The translations under genes and the position numbers were made by a program. From Patescibacteria group bacterium (GTDB lineage: Bacteria; Patescibacteriota; Minisyncoccia; Phycocordibacterales; UBA2100), in NCBI GenBank assembly GCA_038057405.1, contig JBBUDH010000005.1:1-53046 (forward strand): a DNA stretch of 53,046 nt. Direction: 5' to 3'. How positions within the stretch are numbered: the stretch's first letter is position 1; every line of letters begins with the position of its first letter. The notes beneath the pieces were generated by a model, which was not told the origin of the DNA, searched no databases, and saw only the letters and a program-made list of their open reading frames with translations. Of this stretch, positions 32,718-41,981 are shown piece after piece.

Positions 32718-33469
32718 GCCGTCTTTGTACTCCCTCCGATGAGTTCCCACAACAGGTCGAACTTTTGTTTCTCCGCCTCCGCAATACTCTCGCTTTCGAT
32801 AACGACCGTCATCATCTCCTCCGCGCCCGAGACGATAATAATTTTGTTGTCATAAATAAGGCTACTTCCTTCGAACTCAAACTGCTGCGGCATGAAACGC
32901 ATCTCGCGAAATTCTTTTCCGTGCTCGCGCTCGGTAATATTTTTCTTCGTGTCCTGCGAATAGAGACACTTGATGGAGATGCGTTGCTTCACGCGGGTGG
33001 GAATGTAGTAATCAAGGTCATATTTTTCTCCGAGCATTTTATGTGTGTCTGTAAGCGAACCAATGTGCCGCAAAAGATTCCCCGGCTTCTTGAGTGAATC
33101 TTCTATCGCAAGGCGATATCCCTCTTGTCCTTCGAAGTAAGACAGCTTCGGCCGGGCGCCTTTTTTTGTTTCAAGCGCTTTCAGTTGCGGCAACGCGGCG
33201 GCTAGGTCGGCTAATTCTTTTTTACGCAGAGAATACAAAATCTCGGGGCTCATTGCGGCGAAGTGCATACCACCGCGCATTTTGAACGAACCCATGATGC
33301 CTCGCTTCTCAAGCCCCTTGAATATCTGATAAGCGGTCGAGCGTTTGATTCCCGCCTGCTTAGCGAGTTTCGTCATCGGCGCATCCCCCAAGTTTAAAGC
33401 GGCCATATAGAGCCCCGCCTCCTTGAGATTGAGACCTATCGTCTCCAAGATTTCCGTAATATTTTGCAT
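32714..33469 (-). CDS. TrmB-like winged-helix transcriptional regulator, paralog 3
   Basis: [47 protein letters not shown]. Its length and C-terminal layout match paralogs 1 and 2, but it is more diverged. Confidence 0.8.
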   Translation of the reverse strand: MQNITEILETIGLNLKEAGLYMAALNLGDAPMTKLAKQAGIKRSTAYQIFKGLEKRGIMGSFKMRGGMHFAAMSPEILYSLRKKELADLAAALPQLKALETKKGARPKLSYFEGQEGYRLAIEDSLKKPGNLLRHIGSLTDTHKMLGEKYDLDYYIPTRVKQRISIKCLYSQDTKKNITEREHGKEFREMRFMPQQFEFEGSSLIYDNKIIIVSGAEEMMTVVIESESIAEAEKQKFDLLWELIGGSTKTA

Positions 33470-33602
33470 ATTGTCGTCTTTTCGGACAACATTAGACTAC
33501 CATAATGCACCTAAATATCAACACATTCCAGGACTTCGGATAATTACTGTCGTATTTTATAGCCCAGCTCCCCTTTTCGTTGCACAGTATCCCCCACGTT
33601 GG

Positions 33603-33618
33603 ACCGGCATCCGCCGGT
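33603..33618. promoter_or_regulatory. perfect palindrome ACCGGC-N4-GCCGGT in the leader of cassette 3 cargo (candidate operator or leader hairpin)
   Basis: It lies 28 nt upstream of the cargo ATG at 33647. An analogous palindrome, GGCAAG-N4-CTTGCC (16118-16133), lies 24 nt upstream of the cassette 2 cargo ATG. Confidence 0.3.
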
Positions 33619-33646
33619 TCACGCGAACATTCACAGGAGAAGAACG

Positions 33647-34057
33647 ATGCTAAACAGTATCGGCACGTATATCATCGCGACGTTTCCAGTTACGAGCGCC
33701 TTCGTTTCTACGCTGCTTCCAGGCGTCATCTTGATGTTCACGACCGTGTGGGAAGGCCGTCGCACTGACCACTGGGGTGTTGGCGTCGTCGGAACGATTG
33801 GTTTTGGGGCCACGTTCGCAGCATTTATCATTGGCGACCTCTTTAAGAATGACGTACTTGGTATCACGTTGCACGAATCTGCGATAACGAGTGTCATTGG
33901 GGTAGTACTTGGAGCCTGGGTTGGGCTATACATCGAATTGAAAGAGGCCGGCCAACGGAAAATCCAACGCCTGCGGACCAATGGTGTTGAGATGGATCCA
34001 TCGGTCTACAACACATATCGTCTCTGCCGCTTACCCGGCGAATGCAAGTGTCGATAA
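33647..34057 (+). CDS. polytopic small membrane protein (136 aa), cargo G of cassette 3
   Basis: AGGAG lies 7 nt before the ATG. Four hydrophobic helices and a Cys-rich tail (CRLPGECKCR). Confidence 0.6.
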   Translation: MLNSIGTYIIATFPVTSAFVSTLLPGVILMFTTVWEGRRTDHWGVGVVGTIGFGATFAAFIIGDLFKNDVLGITLHESAITSVIGVVLGAWVGLYIELKEAGQRKIQRLRTNGVEMDPSVYNTYRLCRLPGECKCR

Positions 34058-34076
34058 CCCTACAAAGGAGGTTTAC

Positions 34077-34529
34077 GTGGATCAGCAAGAAAGTCGAATG
34101 AGTAGGTTCCTACTTGCGCTCAAGATGGGAGCCGCCCCACTTATTGTCTTGGTTCCGTTCGTTATTCTCGTGCTCTTTGGCAGTTACCTGGAACAATTAA
34201 GCCCCTTAAACGACGCCGACCGGATGTACATTGCGGAAGTACGTCGAAAAATCGAGCAGGGGGTGCCCATTGGTTCCTTCGTGATCTTCCCCAACGGTAA
34301 CCTTCACGTAGTGGTCAAGCCGCGTGGAGGGGAATTATTGCGCACGTATGAGGCTATAAAAAACAGCGGAGGATACAACCACTGCTTTCACTTCACACGC
34401 AGTACATCAGATAGGCAAATAGGCTGGATTACTCGAATAGTTCTACCTCCAACGAGTAAGGAATATCAACGTCTGAACGAAATGCTGGTCGCTAAACTCA
34501 TTGAACCTCTTTGCCCGCCAGGGGAGTAG
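34077..34529 (+). CDS. membrane-anchored protein (150 aa), cargo H of cassette 3
   Basis: AAGGAGG lies 5 nt before the GTG at 34077; the ATG at 34098 is an alternative start. One TM helix (GAAPLIVLVPFVILVLFG) precedes a soluble domain. Confidence 0.6.
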   Translation: MDQQESRMSRFLLALKMGAAPLIVLVPFVILVLFGSYLEQLSPLNDADRMYIAEVRRKIEQGVPIGSFVIFPNGNLHVVVKPRGGELLRTYEAIKNSGGYNHCFHFTRSTSDRQIGWITRIVLPPTSKEYQRLNEMLVAKLIEPLCPPGE

Positions 34530-34533
34530 GCTG

Positions 34534-34562
34534 CCGGCCGCGGAAACGCGGCCGGGTTTTTT
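34534..34562 (+). terminator. rho-independent terminator of cassette 3
   Basis: CCGGCCGCG-GAAA-CGCGGCCGG followed by GTTTTTT. Confidence 0.8.
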
Positions 34563-35523
34563 ATGAGCGGGTTTCTTCGGTGAGGACTTCTCTATTCACC
34601 CTTGAGAGCATGAGCATTGCCACGAGCAGCAGGATAGTGCCGAGCCATTGGCCTATGTACAGGCCGAAGTAGGTGCCTGCTGCCTGATTGCCGGGAATGA
34701 AATACGCATTGACAAAGACTGCGGCGAGCGGAAAGCCGAGCTCGGCAATCGTTGCGATAGAGGCTTTGGTAAATTGGAGACCGTAGTAGTAGAGGAAGAG
34801 CGAGAAAACGCCCGACGTAAGCGCGACGATGAAGAGGAAGAGAATATCGGTGCCCGTAATAACGCCCGGAGCCGGGAATGTCCCCTGTGCTGCGTTGAGA
34901 ACGATGAGGAAAATGAGTCCGACGATGAAGCGCAGCGACGTGAGCGTCTGGAATGCCGCCGTGCGCAAGACATATTTGCCGAACACGGTCGAAGCACCCC
35001 AAAGCGCCGCGGCGGTGAGCGCCAAGAGCGAACCGATGAGGTTGGGGTTAAAAACTTCTCCCGCATAGAGTTGCGGTACGAGATTCGGGAAGCTCACGAG
35101 GTACGCGGCGCCGAGTGCAACGACGGCCCACATCCAGAAATTCTTGTGCATGCGTTCGCCGAGCATCCACCACGCGAGCGCGATGGCGATGAGGGGCTGG
35201 ATTTTTTGGAGCACGATGGAAACCGACGGATTGACGTAGTGGAAGGATTCGGTAAAGGCCACCGCCGCAAGCGCGGAGCCACAGACACCGATGAAAAGAA
35301 TCGCGAACCATTCGCGGGCGGAGATGTTCTTGAGATTTCCCCAATTGAAAAGTAGGATGGGAATCGCAATAAGGGCAGAGATAACGTGCTCGCCGAGGAC
35401 GATGAAATTGGAGCTGAGCCCCTGTGTGAGATGCGTACGGAAGGGAGCATCCGTCGCCCAGAGTGCTGCAGCGATGAACACGAGTGCGGGGCCAAAAAGT
35501 ACGATGGAGCGGCGCGGTGTCAT
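34561..35523 (-). CDS. EamA/DMT-superfamily transporter
   Basis: Ten predicted TM helices arranged as two EamA-like halves, 320 aa. Confidence 0.85.
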   Translation of the reverse strand: MTPRRSIVLFGPALVFIAAALWATDAPFRTHLTQGLSSNFIVLGEHVISALIAIPILLFNWGNLKNISAREWFAILFIGVCGSALAAVAFTESFHYVNPSVSIVLQKIQPLIAIALAWWMLGERMHKNFWMWAVVALGAAYLVSFPNLVPQLYAGEVFNPNLIGSLLALTAAALWGASTVFGKYVLRTAAFQTLTSLRFIVGLIFLIVLNAAQGTFPAPGVITGTDILFLFIVALTSGVFSLFLYYYGLQFTKASIATIAELGFPLAAVFVNAYFIPGNQAAGTYFGLYIGQWLGTILLLVAMLMLSRVNREVLTEETRS

Positions 35524-35600
35524 GATGAAGGGTATTCTACCCCATTAGAGAGCTTCTTAGAAGCCTCCCGAGCATGTTTGAAAGTGTTTAACCGGAGCAA

Positions 35601-35696
35601 GGGGCGGGCTTCTCCGCGGTCTTCGCAGCCGCGACGGCGGCGAGACTGAGCGCTGCATCAGCAGATGCAGATAGCGACCGTGGAGGAGCCCGCCCC
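35601..35696. ncRNA. structured intergenic element, copy B
   Basis: A 21-bp closing stem (35601-35621 pairs with 35676-35696, including two T-G pairs on the plus strand) encloses two hairpins: GCCGC-GACG-GCGGC (35628-35641) and CTGCATC-AGCA-GATGCAG (35653-35670). Confidence 0.5.
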
Positions 35697-35735
35697 GCGG
35701 TGTAGGTTTTCAAACGTGCTCTAACGGGGCAGGCA

Positions 35736-36077
35736 CTACTTTTTGAAGTATGCTCGCACGGCCGCAACATCCTCCATAATCGCCTCTTTCAAGTCCGTAT
35801 CGTCCGTAAACTTCTTGTTCTCGCGCACCTTTTTCAACAGGTGAATTTTCACATTCCATCCGTAGAGATCTTTGGAAAAGTCCAAGATGTGCGCTTCCAA
35901 GAGTTTGCGCCTCTGGTCGGCAAAGGCGACCGCCTCGTACTCTTCCTCACCCACTTTGACCAACGCCGCATAAATGCCCGACACATCCGTATCCGTGAGC
36001 GGAATATTTATCGTCGGATACCCAAGCGCTGCCGCACGCTTCGAGCCCGTCTCTACGATACCTGTGTACATGCTCAT
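35736..36077 (-). CDS. stand-alone riboflavin kinase domain protein
   Basis: GIVETGSKRAAALGYPTINIPL...GIYAALV...LEAHILDFSKDLYGWNVKIHLLKKVRENKKF matches the RibF C-terminal kinase pattern. The start is trimmed to the ATG at 36077. Confidence 0.75.
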   Translation of the reverse strand: MSMYTGIVETGSKRAAALGYPTINIPLTDTDVSGIYAALVKVGEEEYEAVAFADQRRKLLEAHILDFSKDLYGWNVKIHLLKKVRENKKFTDDTDLKEAIMEDVAAVRAYFKK

Positions 36078-36087
36078 GAGTTGGCTA

Positions 36088-37014
36088 CTAGCCGAAATAA
36101 GGGATTTTCCCCCATTCGTACGGATCCACGAGCCGCTCTCCCCGCTCAAGCGCCGCAATTGCCTCCATCTCTTTCGCGGAAAGCTCGAAATCAAAGATGT
36201 CGATGTTCTCCTGTATGCGTTCGCGGTGAGTGCTCTTGGGGATGACGACCGTATTCCGCTGTATACCCCACCGCAGCAGTATCTGTGCGGGAGTTTTCTT
36301 GTGAGCGTGAGCGATTTTCACGATTGTTTCGTCGTCTACGAGCTTGCCGGCCATCTCGGCGGCACCCGGCCGGCCGAGCGGTGAATAGGCGGTCACCGCA
36401 ATCTCGCGGTACTGGCAGAACTCAACAAGGCGCGACTGCTGCAAATACGGATGCAGTTCTACTTGATTCATCGCGGGACGTATCTTCGCATACGAAAGCA
36501 GGTCGATGAGTTGCGCGACGGAAAGATTGGCGACGCCTATCGCCTTTACGAGCCCCGCCTCCACCAATTCTTCCATCGCTTCCCACGTCTCGCGGTACGG
36601 GACCGGGTCAAGTGCAAGAACGCCGTTCTCATCAACAGCCCAGTGCGAATCGGACGTCGACATACCCCAGTGCACGAGATAGAGGTCGAGGTAGTCGAGC
36701 CCCAGGTCCTTGAGCGTCGCTTCGCACGCGGGACGCACCGCATCGCGTGCATGCGCCGTGTTCCAAAGTTTGCTTGTGATGAACACGTCTTTCCGCTGCA
36801 CCTTCCCACTCTTAAAAACCCGCCCGAGCGCCTCCCCTATTTCTTTCTCGTTGCCATAGGCGGCAGCGCAATCAATATGGCGGTATCCGGCTTCGGTGAG
36901 GGCGTACTCAACCGCATCTCCCGCCTCATTGGGGCCTGACTTCCAGGTCCCGAGGCCCATAAGCGGCATCTTGGCACCGGTATTCAGAGTGAGATATTTG
37001 AGCGAAGTATCCAT
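36088..37014 (-). CDS. aldo/keto reductase
   Basis: LNTGAKMPLMGLGTWK...GYRHIDCAAAYGNE...FITSKLWN. Confidence 0.92.
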   Translation of the reverse strand: MDTSLKYLTLNTGAKMPLMGLGTWKSGPNEAGDAVEYALTEAGYRHIDCAAAYGNEKEIGEALGRVFKSGKVQRKDVFITSKLWNTAHARDAVRPACEATLKDLGLDYLDLYLVHWGMSTSDSHWAVDENGVLALDPVPYRETWEAMEELVEAGLVKAIGVANLSVAQLIDLLSYAKIRPAMNQVELHPYLQQSRLVEFCQYREIAVTAYSPLGRPGAAEMAGKLVDDETIVKIAHAHKKTPAQILLRWGIQRNTVVIPKSTHRERIQENIDIFDFELSAKEMEAIAALERGERLVDPYEWGKIPYFG

Positions 37015-37036
37015 AAGCTGATTTTAGAACAAATTA

Positions 37037-38650
37037 TTATTTAGTCGACTGGAGACCGAGCTTTTCGAGACGCGCACGGATAGAACCGGCTTGCCGCCCC
37101 AACGCTTCCGCTATTACCTTTGTCTTGCCTCCCGCCTTGAACAACGCGGCGAGTTTTGCGTCCTCCTCTTTGCTCCACGGGCGATACGCATTGGGATATT
37201 TCTTACGCATCTCTTCGACCGAGTATTTCTTTGCGGCGACGTTCGGCACTGCCTCCCGGCGCGCAACCGGAGCGTTTCCCGCATCTCGCCCGCCGCTCGC
37301 ATGTACGAAATTGCGCGCGAGCGCCGCATGCTCTTTCTCCTCCATGGCCTCGAATGCCTTCCGCGCTGCGGCCGACTGAAGTTTGAAATCGCGGTCGCGC
37401 GCAGCGACTTCCGGATGCACTTCAAGTGCGCGCTCATTGAGGCCCGATAGAGAAAGCCCTGCAAGCGTCCGCACCCGCGAGAGCGCCACATAGCCTTGAC
37501 CGTACTCAAACGCCTGTGACAGGTCCATATGCGCCGCATCGAGCGACATCCCCTGACTTTTGTGCACCGTAATCGCCCACGCAAGCCGCAGGGGTATCTG
37601 CGTGACCTTCGCGAGTACCCGCCCGCCGTCTTCGATGTGCCATTCTTCAGGTTCGGCGATAACACTTCGCCCTGAGTTTATTTTAACAACGGGGTACCCG
37701 CCTTCTTTTACGAAACCCGTAACGGTACCGAGCGTGCCGTTCACATATTTGTGCTCGGTATCGTTCTTGGTGAACATCACGCGCGCACCAATCTTGAGCG
37801 CAAGCGTCTCCGGCGAGAGGCAGCCGCGTTTCAAACTCATTACGAGCGTGTCTTTGCCCTGCGATGTCATGGCAAAGGTGCGCATATCTCCCGAAATCTT
37901 TCCTATCTCCACATCGTTGATGCGGTCCACATCGGCATTGTGCGAATACAGCTGTGTCGTGCCATCGCGTCCCGACGCAGTGCGCCGTGAATCAAGAAGT
38001 GTGCGGTGAGCCGGCGAAAATGCGCCGCGACGGATGCCGGAGAGGATGTCGAGAAATGCCGCGTCTTCCTGCCGGTGCTGTTCGGACAGGTAGCAAACAA
38101 GCGGATTGAGCTCTTTCCACACCCGCGAGGAAAACGCGAAGTGCGACGGCTCCTCGATTTCCCCCGTTTCAAAAGATATCTGCGGCTCGGTTTCCTGATT
38201 CTCGTCGCGTCGCACTACGGGCGGTAGTTGGAAGAAATCTCCGACGAGCACGACCTGGAGCCCGCCGAACGGCACCTGCCTTTGCCGGATTTCCCGGCAC
38301 ACCGCTTCGGCCATTGCGAGCGTCTTGGACGAGAGCATTGAGACTTCATCGATGATGAGTATTTTCGCATCGCGTACACGACGCACGACGCGCTCATTTT
38401 GCGCTATTTTGTCGATGTCGTAGAGGCTCAAATCCTGCCTGATGCCGATGCCGCTCCAGGAGTGGATGGTCATGCCGTGAATGTGCGTCGCGGCGATTCC
38501 CGTCGAGGCCGTAATAGCGGGCTCGATGCCGCGCTCGCGCAACCACTGCACATACGCATTCACCGTATGCGTCTTGCCGCTACCCGGCTCGCCCGTGAGA
38601 AAAACATTCACCCCTGTCTGCAAAACCTTAAGCGCAGTCTCTTGCTTCAT
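37037..38650 (-). CDS. PIF1/RecD-like SF1 DNA helicase with a C-terminal helix-turn-helix-like tail
   Basis: Walker A FLTGEPGSGKTH, Walker B ILIIDEVSM, and the motif VHKSQGMS. Confidence 0.85.
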   Translation of the reverse strand: MKQETALKVLQTGVNVFLTGEPGSGKTHTVNAYVQWLRERGIEPAITASTGIAATHIHGMTIHSWSGIGIRQDLSLYDIDKIAQNERVVRRVRDAKILIIDEVSMLSSKTLAMAEAVCREIRQRQVPFGGLQVVLVGDFFQLPPVVRRDENQETEPQISFETGEIEEPSHFAFSSRVWKELNPLVCYLSEQHRQEDAAFLDILSGIRRGAFSPAHRTLLDSRRTASGRDGTTQLYSHNADVDRINDVEIGKISGDMRTFAMTSQGKDTLVMSLKRGCLSPETLALKIGARVMFTKNDTEHKYVNGTLGTVTGFVKEGGYPVVKINSGRSVIAEPEEWHIEDGGRVLAKVTQIPLRLAWAITVHKSQGMSLDAAHMDLSQAFEYGQGYVALSRVRTLAGLSLSGLNERALEVHPEVAARDRDFKLQSAAARKAFEAMEEKEHAALARNFVHASGGRDAGNAPVARREAVPNVAAKKYSVEEMRKKYPNAYRPWSKEEDAKLAALFKAGGKTKVIAEALGRQAGSIRARLEKLGLQSTK

Positions 38651-38674
38651 TCGAACATGATAGCAGAGTCGTTT

Positions 38675-40090
38675 TCAGGCATTTGCGCGGATGTATTGCC
38701 GCAGTTGCTCCGCATCTATATCAATGACGTGGAAGGCATTTTCCGGCAGCGCTTTTTCGAGGTCTTTGAATCTCGCGGACCGTTCCGGGATAAATCCGAG
38801 CGCTTCTTGTATCGTGTCTTCGAACTTCACCGGCAATGCCGTCCCCATACATACCATCGGCACAGAGTCCTGTTTTTTCTCGCGGAAACCTACCGAAACC
38901 GCGTCTGCCGTGTGCGGGTCAATGACGTACTTACATTTCTTGTATACATCCCGTATCGCCTGCAGGCGATTGGCGTGTGTCGAGCTATCGCTTGAGAATC
39001 CGAGTGCGGCAAAATCATCCGCGCTCGCACCATAATCTTTCAAGTCAACGCACTTCTTCGATTCGAATTCTTTCATGTACTTTGTGAGTGCCGCAGCGTC
39101 CCTCCTGAGCACATCAAACGCCAGCCGTTCATAATTCGACGCTTTTGAAATATCCATGGACGGGCTCGACGTTACCTGGGCCGACGCGAGCTCGTATACA
39201 CCTGTCCTGAAGAGCTTATCGAGAACGGTATTCTCGTTGGTTGCGACGATGAGGCGGCGGATAGGTACACCCATCTGCTTGGCGATATAGCCCGAGAGCA
39301 TGTCGCCGAAATTACCGCTCGGCACGACGAAATCCACAGGGTCGCCGACACGCGCCGCGGCCTGTAGATATCCCGAAACAAAGTACGGTACTTGCGATGA
39401 AATTCTTCCCCAGTTTATCGAATTGACCGCGCCGAGTTTCGAGAACTCCTCCTCCCCTTTCAGCTCCTTCACCAAGTCCTGACAGTCGTCAAAACGTCCG
39501 CGCACACTTATATTGAAAATATTGCCGCCCGAGAGCATGCCCATCTGCGCCTTCTGGAATGCGCTCATGCCCGCTTCGGGACTGAGCATAAAAAGCGTCA
39601 CGGTACCGAGCCCCTTGAAGGCGGCCTCGGCGGCAGAGCCCGTGTCGCCCGAAGTCGCGCCGAGAATGGTCAGGTGCTCACCACGCCTTTTGAGTTCATA
39701 ATCCATTTCTTGGCCGAGCTGCTGCATGGCCATATCTTTGAATGCTGCGGTCGGACCGAGAGAAAGCTGCTGCACATAAAAATCCTCTTCCACTTTCACC
39801 AACGGGACGATATTTCCTCCCTCTGCGGCACCAAAAGAGCTCTCCGAATACGCCTGCTCTACCATGCGGCGCAACTCTTCATCGGGAATATCACCCCCGA
39901 TTAATTTCTTCTTGACGGCATAAGCGATATCCAGATACGGAGCACTTTTGAGTGTCTCGAGTTCCGCGCGGGAAAGTTGCGGATATTCGGACGGAACATA
40001 TAAGCCCCCGTCGGGAGCCAGGCCCGCGAGTAGTACATCTTTGTACGACCATCCCACCTTCGCTGCATCCCGCGTGCTTATCATTTTCAT
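38675..40090 (-). CDS. thrC: threonine synthase (long form)
   Basis: GGLYVPSEYPQL in the N-terminal domain, PTAAFKDMAMQ (PLP-binding lysine), SGNFGD. Confidence 0.92.
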   Translation of the reverse strand: MKMISTRDAAKVGWSYKDVLLAGLAPDGGLYVPSEYPQLSRAELETLKSAPYLDIAYAVKKKLIGGDIPDEELRRMVEQAYSESSFGAAEGGNIVPLVKVEEDFYVQQLSLGPTAAFKDMAMQQLGQEMDYELKRRGEHLTILGATSGDTGSAAEAAFKGLGTVTLFMLSPEAGMSAFQKAQMGMLSGGNIFNISVRGRFDDCQDLVKELKGEEEFSKLGAVNSINWGRISSQVPYFVSGYLQAAARVGDPVDFVVPSGNFGDMLSGYIAKQMGVPIRRLIVATNENTVLDKLFRTGVYELASAQVTSSPSMDISKASNYERLAFDVLRRDAAALTKYMKEFESKKCVDLKDYGASADDFAALGFSSDSSTHANRLQAIRDVYKKCKYVIDPHTADAVSVGFREKKQDSVPMVCMGTALPVKFEDTIQEALGFIPERSARFKDLEKALPENAFHVIDIDAEQLRQYIRANA

Positions 40091-40094
40091 ATCG

Positions 40095-40748
40095 TCATGC
40101 AGGCAAGCGCGAACGTATGATAGCTATCGTCTCGCGACCGCTCTTGTCGTACAGGTCAGCGACGGGCACGTTTACATGCGCCATGCCCCGATATTTCTTG
40201 AGGCGGTCACGCAGGAGTGCGGGAAAACACCGTTCGAGTGTTTCTTTCTGCGTCTCACCCCGTTTTTGAACGTACATGCCGTTCCAAACCACCGGCTTCG
40301 GCTGCTCAAAAAACTTTTGTATCATTGTATCAATATACTTCTCGCCCGCTTCGAGATTTACGATGAGGCAATTTTCTTGCAGCCACTGCGTCGTCGGCTT
40401 CTCAAGGTAGATGACGCTCCCTGTCGTATCAAATACGAGATTCCGGTCGGTATCAATAAAATCCACTTTCGTGTGCTTCGCTTCCGAGTCGAGATACTCA
40501 CGCTCGCGCACCCCATACGTGGGACTGTCGGGAAGCCCGAGCCATTCGGCAATTTCTTCCATCCCTGAAAAACCGAGAGATTTTATTATTTCTTTGTCCA
40601 CCTGATACCAGTCGAACCCGAACTGGTCGCGGAGCACCTTGGAGCGATAGCTCTTGCCCACGTTCGACATGCCGACAAAGGCGATACGGAGCGAATTATC
40701 CGCAATATGCGCATCGTATTCGGCCTGCGTAAGCGGTGTGAGGTCCAT
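40095..40748 (-). CDS. P-loop NTPase/kinase-fold protein (shikimate-kinase-like size), function unknown
   Basis: Walker A is IAFVGMSNVGKS. The start is trimmed to the ATG at 40748 because the longer ORF runs through tRNA-Ser. Confidence 0.65.
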   Translation of the reverse strand: MDLTPLTQAEYDAHIADNSLRIAFVGMSNVGKSYRSKVLRDQFGFDWYQVDKEIIKSLGFSGMEEIAEWLGLPDSPTYGVREREYLDSEAKHTKVDFIDTDRNLVFDTTGSVIYLEKPTTQWLQENCLIVNLEAGEKYIDTMIQKFFEQPKPVVWNGMYVQKRGETQKETLERCFPALLRDRLKKYRGMAHVNVPVADLYDKSGRETIAIIRSRLPA

Positions 40749-40830
40749 TCGCGCAACATTACAATATTTTTGTGAAATGCAAAAACCGGATATGCACCGT
40801 CGTTTTTGGTATGCATCTATCACACAACTT

Positions 40831-40918
40831 TGGCGGAGGGGGTGAGATTCGAACTCACGAGGCCTTGCGACCTGGCGCATTTCAAGTGCGCTGGAATGAA
40901 CCGCTATCCGACCCCTCC
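40831..40918 (-). tRNA. tRNA-Ser: tRNA-Ser (anticodon TGA) with encoded CCA
   Basis: Acceptor GGAGGGG/CCCCTCC, anticodon arm GCGCA-CTTGAAA-TGCGC, long variable arm, T-arm GTGAG-TTCGAAT-CTCAC, then G-CCA. Confidence 0.9.
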
Positions 40919-40922
40919 CTCT

Positions 40923-41408
40923 TCAATCGCTTACAGTACCACTGAGCCAGCTATTTTCTAAGTAGTGTTCTTCCGCGTGGCAATTAGGGCAAATTAGTTC
41001 GAGATTGTCCATTTCATTGTGCGTTCTGTTCCTGTCCTTGTGATGTATATGCAAAATCTCGAGTTTAGCGAAACCGCATCGCTCACACTTCTTTCCCCGT
41101 TTTGAGATGAGGCGTAATTTTATGCTTCTCTGGTCTTTTACCTTGTCCCTTGGACTGCCAATCTTATATTTAATCCCAGCCCGGTTCTTATTCGCACATG
41201 TTCTGCTGCACGTTTTCTTGTTTGCACTGGCAAGAATTAACTTTCCACACATCACACACGGCCTTTCCTTTCGATTAGAAATCCCGTAACAGGCGAGGCC
41301 GCAAAATAATCGTCCTCCGTTTTTCTGCATTTCAATTGGCCTCCTGTAGATGGGTTTCTTGCAAACGAGGCATACCGTATTTGGATTTCTTTTATGTGAC
41401 TCGGCCAC
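40923..41408 (-). CDS. HNH endonuclease with N-terminal Cys-rich zinc-finger-like repeats
   Basis: The HNH core is HIHHKDRNRTHNEMDNLELICPNCHAEEH, and several CxxC pairs lie upstream. The stop is 4 nt from the tRNA-Ser 5' end. The gene looks AT-richer by eye. Confidence 0.85.
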   Translation of the reverse strand: MAESHKRNPNTVCLVCKKPIYRRPIEMQKNGGRLFCGLACYGISNRKERPCVMCGKLILASANKKTCSRTCANKNRAGIKYKIGSPRDKVKDQRSIKLRLISKRGKKCERCGFAKLEILHIHHKDRNRTHNEMDNLELICPNCHAEEHYLENSWLSGTVSD

Positions 41409-41507
41409 TCGTCCAGTATACCACTCCTTAGTCGAGGGTGACCCTTATACTCACCTTCTTCCGTCTTGCCTCAAATAGGTGTTGCAAAACGCGATACAAT
41501 AACCGCA

Positions 41508-41978
41508 ATGCCCCCACAACGAACCGTTTTGCGATGGAACGCGTACGAGCACGAGCACATACCGCGCAGCAGCGATTGGTATTGGGCGCTCGGTGTCGTC
41601 GCCGTTTCGGCAGCACTCACAAGCATCCTCTTCCACAACATCCTTTTTGCGATTCTTATTCTCATCGCCGCCGGCATCCTCGGCATGCTCGCCAACGTCC
41701 CGCCCGACCTTGTACGCTTCGAGATATCGGACCGCGGCGTGCGTATCGGCGACACGATGCATCGCTACGAAGAGATTGTCTCCTTCTGGGTGGAGGAAGA
41801 GGGGCTCGACCGCCCACTGCTCCTCATCGACACAACCAAGATCATGGCTCCGAATCTTATTATTCCGCTTGAAAATATTGATCCGCACGCGGTACGCAGC
41901 TTCCTGACCGAATATGCGGAGGAAGTTCCTATGAAGGAACCCGTCGCACACAAAATCCTCGAATTTTTTGGTCTGTAG
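41508..41978 (+). CDS. two-TM membrane protein with a C-terminal soluble domain, function unknown
   Basis: WYWALGVVAVSAALTSILFHNILFAILILIAAGILGML. The start is set at MPPQRTVLRW. Confidence 0.6.
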   Translation: MPPQRTVLRWNAYEHEHIPRSSDWYWALGVVAVSAALTSILFHNILFAILILIAAGILGMLANVPPDLVRFEISDRGVRIGDTMHRYEEIVSFWVEEEGLDRPLLLIDTTKIMAPNLIIPLENIDPHAVRSFLTEYAEEVPMKEPVAHKILEFFGL

Positions 41979-41981
41979 CGG

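Noticed and set aside
35601-35696. FMN riboswitch upstream of the EamA transporter and downstream of riboflavin kinase
   Set aside because: The conserved RFN core sequences and the multi-stem architecture are absent. The homologous copy A sits in a context unrelated to flavin.
40749-40880. N-terminal extension of the P-loop protein ORF
   Set aside because: It runs through tRNA-Ser(TGA), so the start was trimmed to the ATG at 40748.
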